Shown one piece after another: positions 23,101 through 28,418 of a DNA stretch of 64,000 nucleotides. How positions within the stretch are numbered: position 1 is the stretch's first letter; every line of letters begins with the position of its first letter. Both the position numbers and the translations under genes were made by a program. This DNA is from Diplonema japonicum (taxonomy: Eukaryota; Protista; Euglenozoa: Diplonemea). The notes under the pieces are model-generated. The model had not been told where the DNA came from. It saw only the letters and a program-made list of their open reading frames with translations, and did not search any database. The stretch spans positions 186,001-250,000 of the forward strand of contig OZ025653.1 in the NCBI GenBank assembly GCA_964019335.1, given 5' to 3'.

Positions 23101-24380
23101 AGGGACCAGATGCTGGACTTCACGGAATCTGGGTACCGCCCATTCCTACACTTCACAACTGCTGTGTACGCAGTAAACTGCTTAGAAAGACGTGTGACGG
23201 CGTACCACATCACAGTGGCGTTCGAAAATTCCAAAGGGGAGGGATGGAGAAGGCTGAGCCTGTTTCCGCTTGGGAGGATTTCGCAGTGTAGCTGGTGTGT
23301 GAAAGATATATCAAGCGGTGCTGTGACCTGCACGCCAAAACCAACAACAGCACGATCCTCACCGAGCACAAGGGACGTGAGGGAGTCCCCGCTGGCGTCC
23401 ACAAACCGCATCACACCACCAGGCTTTTTCACAACTGTTCCACTTACGGTGTGTGTGGTACCGAAGATGCTGCAAGTCACGTTTTCACTACCGCCACCTT
23501 CGCCATACCAACTCAAGTATATCCTCTGCGGCAGAGCATATGTCCCCTCGGTGAATAGTAAGGTCTTCGGGACGAAGAGTGAAGCAGGCGTACACCCAAC
23601 CACGACTGAACCGTCAGGGGGCGATATCAGCCTTATTTCAAGAAATGCATTCTTTTGAAAAGGATGTACATAAACAATATTCTCCGTAAGAACGATGCCT
23701 TGTTCTGGAAAGTCGTATGCTTTAACATACACAGACACAGATGTAGGTGCGCCGAGCGCTTCGCAGTGCACACGGGCCTCGCCTGGACGGGACCAGCCGA
23801 TGGAGAGCATCGCGGGGTATGACGAGGAGTGGTTGGCAGGGATGAGGACGTCTGTTGGAAGCGGTGTGAAACAAGTATCTTTCGCACAACACAGCCATCG
23901 GTACGATTCAGTGTGGTCGAGGTAAGATGCAGACCACAAGGCCTCCGCGGACTGCATTGTGCTGCATGTTCTCGAGGTGCCAATGTTGACTACACTACCG
24001 CTGTAGGTCGAGACAAGGCTCTCTGCAGTATCGGGATCACCCTTAGAGGGTTTGCCGTCAGGGCAAACTTCCATCTCCTTACAGAGCCGCATTCCTCGCC
24101 GCTTGCACAGACCAGCGGCATATGACACAGGCAACGATACATTTGCATACCCGCTCCGAACCCACGTTAGCGTGCTCTTTTCACAGTAGCTCCCCGCAGG
24201 ACCTTTCCTTCGCACCACTACCGCGCTGCTATCAGCCCTGCACCTCATCAACACCGCATCTTGAACCCGACCTGCTGCTCGTAGCTCTTTCGACACTGTT
24301 TCATACGGTCTCAACGTGAGATCGCCGCTTTGCTCGAATAGCACGCTGTGTGCGATGAAGAGGACAAGCCATGCCTGCAT
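11148..24380 (-). CDS. Giant (~4410 aa) secreted multidomain lectin/adhesion-like protein
   Basis: Single uninterrupted ORF; signal peptide MQAWLVLFIAHSVLF; no C-terminal TM. Recognisable modules: PAN/apple units (e.g. ECMDLCLNTTGCGFVSY, SCQASCESYKWCKSVEW), several LamG/ConA units (WYHVAC, WHHVAA, WQHVAC, WHHYVL), an F5/8C-like unit (AFDG...W....GAWITI), a DNRLRE-like unit (AAKDSFV..EPD..HG), FAMeT-like units, Kelch repeats and a terminal laminin-type EGF (CGLRGQC...CSCSP..EG.DCEKC). Confidence 0.88.
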   Translation of the reverse strand: MQAWLVLFIAHSVLFEQSGDLTLRPYETVSKELRAAGRVQDAVLMRCRADSSAVVVRRKGPAGSYCEKSTLTWVRSGYANVSLPVSYAAGLCKRRGMRLCKEMEVCPDGKPSKGDPDTAESLVSTYSGSVVNIGTSRTCSTMQSAEALWSASYLDHTESYRWLCCAKDTCFTPLPTDVLIPANHSSSYPAMLSIGWSRPGEARVHCEALGAPTSVSVYVKAYDFPEQGIVLTENIVYVHPFQKNAFLEIRLISPPDGSVVVGCTPASLFVPKTLLFTEGTYALPQRIYLSWYGEGGGSENVTCSIFGTTHTVSGTVVKKPGGVMRFVDASGDSLTSLVLGEDRAVVGFGVQVTAPLDISFTHQLHCEILPSGNRLSLLHPSPLEFSNATVMWYAVTRLSKQFTAYTAVVKCRNGRYPDSVKSSIWSLHPDAFAIRFPLTVEVPTEVHAHLSQLTITSQPVSLTSTSTITVGLKGRSMHDTRIVCSSPDAVLEPNILHYAGVLDEQPAIALLTSGNTVSLRYTGEQKIYKGSRWFTCEGRKGCTMAGCAGESFEPGEWDACRTSTFVLYGFSPPDDPLPYSLRKDYLRSGDGIVLKEMGSNTTVSCDTPTERCTGGFACTSSEADGCLNATVLRIWAEGKARGQPIELSDSVAVQYAPSDTNTNTWLGCYDGEVQGIADDVSSSVCTASTWMDTCLGFPSADEFMPQDCETYLWKITVKTPETPSDLFAFAAGNLLPRPSAYEEMTWLPIQSSYFTAAVSGSQASLLFSSEEFTSEPDIYKGKDKRFMRLSIGTNGTYELSTTGVKWEKRTGAKCSDDYITVMGRIEECMDLCLNTTGCGFVSYPHWDGCRVHKGVLRECTTGDYSSNATSPTATATLEPDSSPAVSGYHLPEAPNTWNGALRIGGGAYAAASRSGTAPDLLKGFTIDVWVLPLPYPNKWTLQDITTGECLQPGPGACNQTWSHIVLSEGKFTLELDGLCLPGSCAVLEWVAGDGFGWLLLADSMQCVTGNGSVVPHEYDYTNCGQFARSVTTPENSLALVSTNKESGLGLGLYLRTNRTLYTNITDSAGWTVMASGREQIDPGMWYHVACVLDADQKKLFLYTNGERAASANTEHITGALSGSTLYIGDGSSVHTAVVDNIAAWYAALPPDVLINRMRCAFIRPPYVPEAIFAFSNGALSDTQGIYQMQAYGASTAPSLTGVSCTEYMHIAEWGCDGPGSVVSTSVTVASCTVACNEISECLGFEYSQSGCRLLEALGTTGRSTHGKQCYLRPLAKLNQPIQKRLPVPSVTSCAASSSVGNSTCYGAFDGVRVASGMGEWVTDSEEAGAWITITFPNVYLLSRVRFAQRRYGAASAREIRICFDDLSCEQSTLSPASPYTPAPYRADWEQLSFTPRQTSTLTYRVLTTHSVPPTIYTSNCSTYICHDGFNKKETPIEDCGGPCTTNICCAQAGIGLQEFEVYGQSATLTETAGSGVMGKWCVADTFHTTATDNYGLLGGAFNAFPGRPWEVLSMQYCTGSGVYTWPDSSGSGYGRTDLTRRECMELCDTWPSACHAVQYLPESSRCEWQVSPDAGQNGSSYAVDCLVADVDFTPGNGTVAVSNSTGCTFDGGSLATGPFETPLPLTITAWVNLNGDACNKTTNGAPLAMWSSVVVFGNTSETYSSGLSLTSDGKPRWEVVNGSASTTIDGNESLACEGGWHHVAATVDEDGAVVFYVDGTRSGYGCCAAPAGLASRFVLGARVQGNEVSHTIDGSIKDLRVIAADLPHGGVHGVYREGLEVTETVAPGGLVSSYYRFQASTLSGAGQSSIGEYSGLSVETCKEYCTALSGCNAIEYATSRSANPTTTPYTCRLFSDGTPRSPTGGDPASQHIDTYVKGAANIKGTCGSIELSAAKDSFVTEYEPDVGHGTNTTLELHAGKGAMYVGFDLEAQGVGADDISSAYLTLYRASTGLALWYTFDFSPEDATGNTGDGSLEIGSWFNSPGAVGQGALLLADDQCSGFRGPLANTFLSTSDTSLAVAAWINPTAGEGHIVTISGTISLYLQDGELVCELQSPTATYTVKTAAGNGTYTIANNLWQHVACKHTLYTDLSLYHNGAKMASKSLAISSFRLDDTAVLRVGCVNSTALVFAGSIDDVKVFTRDISDYELIVMADRGCGTDQLMWEVSAVSDFDEDIVYANRTSVLYTVQRKIYASVLASDNALTIDVTSVLKASPNLLLKYESNANRNCTAPLLLFGSREATSVSNPKLSIITKCESLLGISMASCDTCWQQALSSPCSTSRTPERSSAASDYASCQASCESYKWCKSVEWDVSTGNCTLYSTHCMYHNTTSNATQDIRTVTMNRNYGGETIGLPAKLTFDTRDVFLPSAAELGDALLRFTIVSSPFLFRTGACNLVITGPNSALTISPGKIATGDVIVADVSSILWVKGPILNISLTTDCDVSNSTLRIASGNSTRWPQPSLVMSPRGNITVVGIQQFSRFAVAEVSDWPSLSAQVSLKSTFGVGDRVHQDAGLAWLQVPKELRLWGCGDVEVYLLDLEDKIVTRLTVTEEVVDISGMLREVVASMDMMVLGILATCSEYVPTSEVHSIRLHIAYDMLLRQAEPSGGSQSYSLHDHDTGLGFYCPDVASSYGTLFLSYVTQASRQILDCSTITVTGGPDGYRKLPLSVQADTIFALDLKRLTSSSLRFQMSLENTDCDGYHHSFNITLQRLLFKIAAPRVPIAKADCGYSTVHSWANGFDVKLGGTGTCRLLPEQNLVAFQVGTGRVIDIHRSFHPGLYEDFTVGFYFSTFEKGNRTTGFIMHKVLKGSSETGVGVRIGSDGTSLELWTSPSSYRTVAVEYNFFSYWHHYVLVRRDGGLHLYVDAVLLIDFTPQDPPTLFDPSPLRLGANAHDSSNDALDVGYYYDLRVYSTALQGTDLTDLSPGVLFELHHGAVLGFAQDGVDYSVKPNTACTRSYVTRLLSSVARCKKLCYELKSCSMFSVDTVSRTCRLHTGVGTGCSPAPGQGTLYSVVVTTGATPGGWEQPWIDQPEASKSIIRSVWVQWTAETLQIGRGMGGGVLFQADNEVFRDSKGSRYVTLVHDASSRQGYGWIFGETAPFGTKEVTVTPSKDVGTTVEVTCKADPVPELVGLTQTALIPVFRPGNCKGMHNPTTQPLYTCTKSIGRDANGFMLLVRGDADVHVVLSAQPSVSKCSDGEAYTFTIDRRVRGIQQTQLTRGMCGAVIAAHETDLIAAASPAWLWVMFSDRTLKLGSGQVYGENIVLQYPVTSKPHVQYIHLGTWGGGVVDAAVYFDAHLKATTESVTVRKHERVAIEFYLEYDLWNTTGDVEVPVACQVSPAGVVELDTSHLLPFTAGDERGQKHAHYVQVTYKSPGEASVSCWVAEDVPPYYVATSNLTVIVTALVERTPGLGFAEDLISLQKWTTAYAHLHLGSLKTPMFYGTLLHVAKPTVIPDLISEWVVANTTLAPNGSLPTWSEERCSMLFDVHQGFAVKAPSSMNDLTFAVTFLPTACDVTSSYAHECCPIVATPWTQTPKTAIAVTLAMCGDSTLRFGVLTPAGYVEAATTVNSTQWTDILAVKDSVTATLSLYVNRRLVAVSSSGGNITVRPHIADDGVAGGLIVGGGCFWKLYKGVFGACDTILNTNATSLQNCVDIAAAFGGDTTSYSEVYDGSVNCVVQNCTTLQRKVFPQFQYAPGNTTAQLASCSLGTFTGYIRRVRVWGRPTGYGEAFPVQSLPLETSTGTSSTADFTSACKQLVGDHERLEGAVPDYEPDDVITVKCTSMNTDVVRLATGFQVFEIPHGAYGEAVAIPLEYEGPGRARVRCIVDSLRLNMTGIVVTDPQRAELTVVSSATPGWTHLPDLPVGAPYGCSVVVDNMLYVFAGNTIMAYKDNKWVGIAGSGLQFDGCSCIPRDTSVLVYGCLHGIVLSFDTTTATWTQKLGFPAFEGFQEGTPVLRGQGAVVFDTTLKTWVPEWRGEFVSLRFDTRTKQRLRQPSNMMEPLTGTPLLGVLGDVLYVLSDTAQASKPNKSSWSDNSDLYATSQDLWWGQRVMGAYTMNLCGSLVLLGGLEGYKNVISSSVLQVMTYNSATGKTAGDATKLPNLRYSVMGGMATVHSGKLYHIGGIMKEKKCMFTNSTQGVFGCDHGLGDATGFAGSLVAGMMGLPTFSTFSIGLANSMCSDTAVPSSNNRFGWNGCNGALRVQVGLSTVKVLQLSGSSENTLATATYTSISSSRQFRYVWVKWTTVDGSWTIDVGRGVTVGKHRMVTAVGSSVYLQTAAYMYTLNGTDVSGLEVHSIIPGHGSGNVQTLTHLNQFSNTACGLRGQCVPHTATCSCSPYAEGTDCEKCTFDHTGPLCSQYIHCSALHPHQPHLAEYCSAWRARGCRSVVFDAQYHLTHVNESIRRFVLNT

Positions 24381-24486
24381 CCTATGGTACTTTAAGAATA
24401 ACAATTGAAGAAATTAAAAAAAGAAGAACAAGAAGAATACAAAAATTCCCGCCGTATGCAAGGCGTCTATTGTTTGCTATAGAATG

Positions 24487-25569
24487 CTATACAACACAAG
24501 GTTCATAAGTCAAGCAATCAAGAAGCTCTGGAGAAGCAGACGGAGGGCACCGCCTGATAGGGGAGCCACTAATGCTCCTAGGGTAGCCATGCTGCTTCAG
24601 CACTTCATCCGTGGTGGGTGTGTAGCTGGTAGCATCCTGTGGGATGTATCGTTTCTGGAAATGTACGGAATCATCGGGCTCAGAGGATCTCTCTAAGTTT
24701 GTACGGTTCACCCTGCGCATTGGCGGTTCTTCTTTATCCAGCTCATCAACAGGCCCATGGACGTGTGCCCGTGTCCGCACGTAAGGGGCGACCATATCAT
24801 CACCTGCAACAAGCCGTTGAGTTAGCTCGCCGCTGTGGTATCCCTGAGGGATCTGCCTCCTGCCAGGAACCTCCTTCTCTATGTTGCTTAGCGGGATGTT
24901 CTTTCTGGTTTCGTAGTATTGTGTGAATCTGCGTTTTCCAGGTGACCGGAGCCTTGCTGAGATTAACTTGACGCGTCCGTGTGTGACCGACAAGGGGCTA
25001 CTTGGGGTTGGGGGCGAATGAGTGGACCCCCAATCTAAGGTTTCTAGAAGCTCAGGCGATGCTTCTTGGGGGTATCGTCTCAAAGACGACGAGGTGACAG
25101 ACGAGGAACGTCCCCTTTGACACATGAGCTCCTGCGAAGTAGGTGTGTAAGAGAGCTCGGAATGGCTAAGCCTGCTCCTCGGCGGCGTTTCGTGCATGGA
25201 AGGGGTGTACGTTGTCGCCTCGTTCCCGCCGTGTCTCTTAGGAGGGTCTTGTACAGGCAGGACTGGGTGCCGCACAGGCTGAGACCTCAACATGTAACCA
25301 ACAGATGACGTGTTGGCCATGGTAAGTGTGAAGCTGCTGCCAGCATCCCGCACAGCCCTGGACAGTTCCCTCACGCTTGTTACCCTGTCTCCGTTTACTT
25401 CTTGAATTGTCATTCCCTTGCATATCCCTGCAGTCCAAGCAGGACTTCCATGCTCTACCTGCTGAACCACCATGTTCCTCACTTCCGCACCTAAAGGCTG
25501 ACGATGACCTCTCGTCACTTCCAACACAGCAACACCGTCGTTTCTACCAGAGTGCCTAACGGACGGCAT
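24487..25569 (-). CDS. PDZ domain protein with disordered Ser/Pro-rich C-terminus
   Basis: N-terminal PLGAEVRNMVVQQVEHGSPAWTAGICKGMTIQEVNGDRV is a typical PDZ pattern. Confidence 0.8.
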   Translation of the reverse strand: MPSVRHSGRNDGVAVLEVTRGHRQPLGAEVRNMVVQQVEHGSPAWTAGICKGMTIQEVNGDRVTSVRELSRAVRDAGSSFTLTMANTSSVGYMLRSQPVRHPVLPVQDPPKRHGGNEATTYTPSMHETPPRSRLSHSELSYTPTSQELMCQRGRSSSVTSSSLRRYPQEASPELLETLDWGSTHSPPTPSSPLSVTHGRVKLISARLRSPGKRRFTQYYETRKNIPLSNIEKEVPGRRQIPQGYHSGELTQRLVAGDDMVAPYVRTRAHVHGPVDELDKEEPPMRRVNRTNLERSSEPDDSVHFQKRYIPQDATSYTPTTDEVLKQHGYPRSISGSPIRRCPPSASPELLDCLTYEPCVV

Positions 25570-25803
25570 GGTAAGGCCTGTGATGGCTGAGGTTGAGAAA
25601 CAAGACGCACAAAGAAGAATATGTGTGAAACAGACAAGATGGATTACCTTGCATCAGTTTCAATGAGCTTAACAGGTTAGGCAATTGTAACTCAACAAAA
25701 AAGAAGAAAAGCAGCGAGAATACCTGCTTTTTAAGCTAGAACGGAAAAGTATAACGAGGAGGGAAATTTAAGAATAATCGTAACATCATTGTGGTGCATG
25801 TGT

Positions 25804-26220
25804 CTATGCGTCGTCGTCAGGCAAAGGGAGGCCAATGGCATGTGATGTCATTTCGTTCAAAGCAGCGTAGTCCTCCTCAGTGAGGTGAATGTCGCGTTTA
25901 ACTGTTACCCAATAAGGCTCCGTGGTCCCTGTGGTGAAAGTCGTGGCCCAGGGTCGGTTCTTGTTAGCATTGGCCCAAAATGCAGCAATGTCGTCGCGAG
26001 GCCTCTCGAGCCTCAGCAACCTCTGACAGTCATTTGTGACACCCTCGCACTCGACTGGGCTGCCCCATTCGATTCCGCCAATCTTCTCCATACGCGCACC
26101 CTTAATTTCCTTCTTGATAGCCCCCAACAGGTACAAGATGTACTCATCCTCTTTCTCTGCGCACATCACCTCCCCAGAGTGCTTTTTGGCAATCACAGGC
26201 AATTCTTCATACAGCAACAT
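25804..26220 (-). CDS. Hypothetical protein (138 aa)
   Basis: ORF with normal amino-acid composition, on the same strand as its neighbours, with an upstream CACAG acceptor. No family recognised. Confidence 0.6.
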   Translation of the reverse strand: MLLYEELPVIAKKHSGEVMCAEKEDEYILYLLGAIKKEIKGARMEKIGGIEWGSPVECEGVTNDCQRLLRLERPRDDIAAFWANANKNRPWATTFTTGTTEPYWVTVKRDIHLTEEDYAALNEMTSHAIGLPLPDDDA

Positions 26221-26351
26221 GTTATATTTGTGGAACTGTGGTGTTGATAATAAAATGCACATTCTTCAAAGCAAAGAGCAGTTTTTGGAGGGTGGGTTGA
26301 ATTTTGGGGGTGACGGGAGAGGGGGAATTAGGAAGAGAGGTTATTTAGGAT

Positions 26352-27808
26352 CTACTTCTTCTTGGCGATAACCTTCTCGGTGGTCTTGGTGACCTTGCCA
26401 AGCATGACAACACCGTTACCCTCCATGATGGCAACACGGGAGAGACCCTCGCAGTTCTTGAAGGTGTCCACGACAAGGGGCTGCTGGGGGGCGAAGACGA
26501 CCTCAGCCATCTCGTTGGCCTTCAGGCAGTGGGGCTCCTCAGCCTTCTTACCGCCGGTCTCCTTACCCATCTTCCACACCAGCTGGGTCATCCTCACGGC
26601 AGACCTACCGGTCCTCACGAAGCACACGGGGGTGTACCCGACCTTGAGCTCACCGGGGTGGTCCAAGATCTGCACCTGGGCGTTGAAGGTACCGGCCTCC
26701 TTCAGGGACGCGTCCTTCTTGTAGATCATCACGTCACCGGTCCTGGGCATGTTGTCCTTGTTAAGACCCTTCACGTTGAGACCCACGTTGTCACCGGCCT
26801 TGGCGTCCTCACACCTCTTGTGGTGCATCTCGCAGGTGAACACCTTACCCACGCACGCGTTGGCGGCGGTGTGGGTGGGGAGGAAGAGCACTTCCTCACC
26901 GGGCTTCACGATACCCTGCTCCACACGGCCAGTGATCACGTCACCAACACCCTTGATCTGTAGTGTGTAAGTTAGTGTTTTCATGTAAGAAATGAACATA
27001 CCTTGTACACACCCGAGACGGGCATCCTCATGGGAGCGTCGTTCTTCCTCTCAGGCATCCTCACCATCTTGTCAAGGGCGTCCACAAGGGTGTCGATGTG
27101 GAGCTTCTCGTCAGCGCCAACGAGGACGTCCTGGCCCTTCCACCAGTCCATCTTGGAGGACTTCTTGAGAAGGTTGTCACCGATCCAACCCGAGATGGGG
27201 AGGACGGGGACGTTCTTCTCGACGAAGTCCTTCTTCCAACCGGTCTTCACCAACATGCTCTTCATCTCCTCCTTGATCTCGTTGTACCTCTCCTCCTTGT
27301 ACTGGGCGACGTCGCAGTCCATCTTGTTGATACCAACGATGAGCTGCTTCACACCGAGCAGGTTGATAAGACGGGCGTGCTGCCTGGTCTGGCCCTGGAT
27401 CTCACCGGCCTTGTGGTTGCCCCTGGCGATGGCGGACACGAAGTTACCGTCAGCGGGGATCATGAGAAGGGCGACGTCGGCCTGCGAGGCACCGGTGATC
27501 ATGTTCTTGATGAAATCCCTGTGCCCGGGGGCGTCGATCACGGTGTAGTGCCACTTCTCCGTGAAGAACTCCTTGGTGGTGCAGGCGATGGTCACACCAC
27601 GCTCACGCTCCTCCTTCTGCCTGTCCATGTAGAAGGCGAAGGCGAAGGACTGCTTACCAAGACGCTCGGCCTCAGCCTTCAACTTCTCCATCTCACGCTC
27701 GGGGATTCCACCGAGCTCGAAGAGGAGACGCCCAGTGGTGGTGGACTTCCCGGAGTCGACGTGACCGCAGATCACGATCGACAAATGCTGCTTACCGTCA
27801 GTGGCCAT
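26352..27808 (-). CDS. EFL: Elongation factor-like GTPase EFL (470 aa, 2 exons)
   Basis: GHVDSGKST, DAPGHRDF and NKMD GTPase motifs, plus EFL-type sequences FAFAFYMDRQKEERERGVTI and GNHKAGEIQGQTRQHARLINLLG. 44-nt intron 26958-27001 (GTATGT...CACTAAC...TACAG). Strong C/G-ending codon bias. Confidence 0.95.
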
Positions 27809-27828
27809 TTTGATAGACAAATAACAAT

Positions 27829-27967
27829 CTGTAGGTTTTTCGAATCGCAAGAACACCTAAAGGGGGGGGGGAATAAAATTACTAACGGGCAGAGGCGTGC
27901 GAACTAAGCTATTATCTTTCTTTAAGTATCCAAAAAAAAAAGGGGGCCTCCTTTTAGTAACTCTTAC
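27829..27967 (-). other. Probable 5'-UTR intron of EFL
   Basis: GTAAGA donor at 27967 and CCTACAG acceptor at 27829, 20 nt upstream of the ATG. The AG could alternatively be the trans-splice acceptor. Confidence 0.4.
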
Positions 27968-28418
27968 CGTGAAAAGAGTTAAAAGAAGGGAACCTGCGGT
28001 CCAACACTGAGGCAAGAGGCCACCTCTCACGACCGAAAAGCTTTAAAAGCTCTGCTGGAACCTAAAGAAACCAAGGAAAGGATGATGATGCTTAACTTTA
28101 AGAGTTTGGGGGAAAAGGGGGGGGGAATATTTTTACTTTTTTCTTTTTTTTTGTTACTTCCCATTTCTGTTTAAAAAGTTTTTAGAAGGGGGAAAAAGAG
28201 AAGGAAAAAAAAAAAAAAAAAAAAAAAAAACAATACAGCAACCTGAAACCTTAGCACCCCTTGCCAAAGGTCTTATTCGCACCGGGCGTGCCCTTTTGTC
28301 GTTTGTTGCTAGGAAAATAAATCATTGGAAGCTCCTCGAACTCGCTTCGCCCGGCAGGAGGCGCGTCATCAACAGGTCAAATCATAAAGTGAATGAAGCT
28401 CGTCCCTCACCTAGGCGT

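Noticed and set aside
26362-27907. Long plus-strand ORFs opposite EFL (and similar ones opposite other genes)
   Set aside because: Antisense shadows of codon bias; no recognisable protein features.
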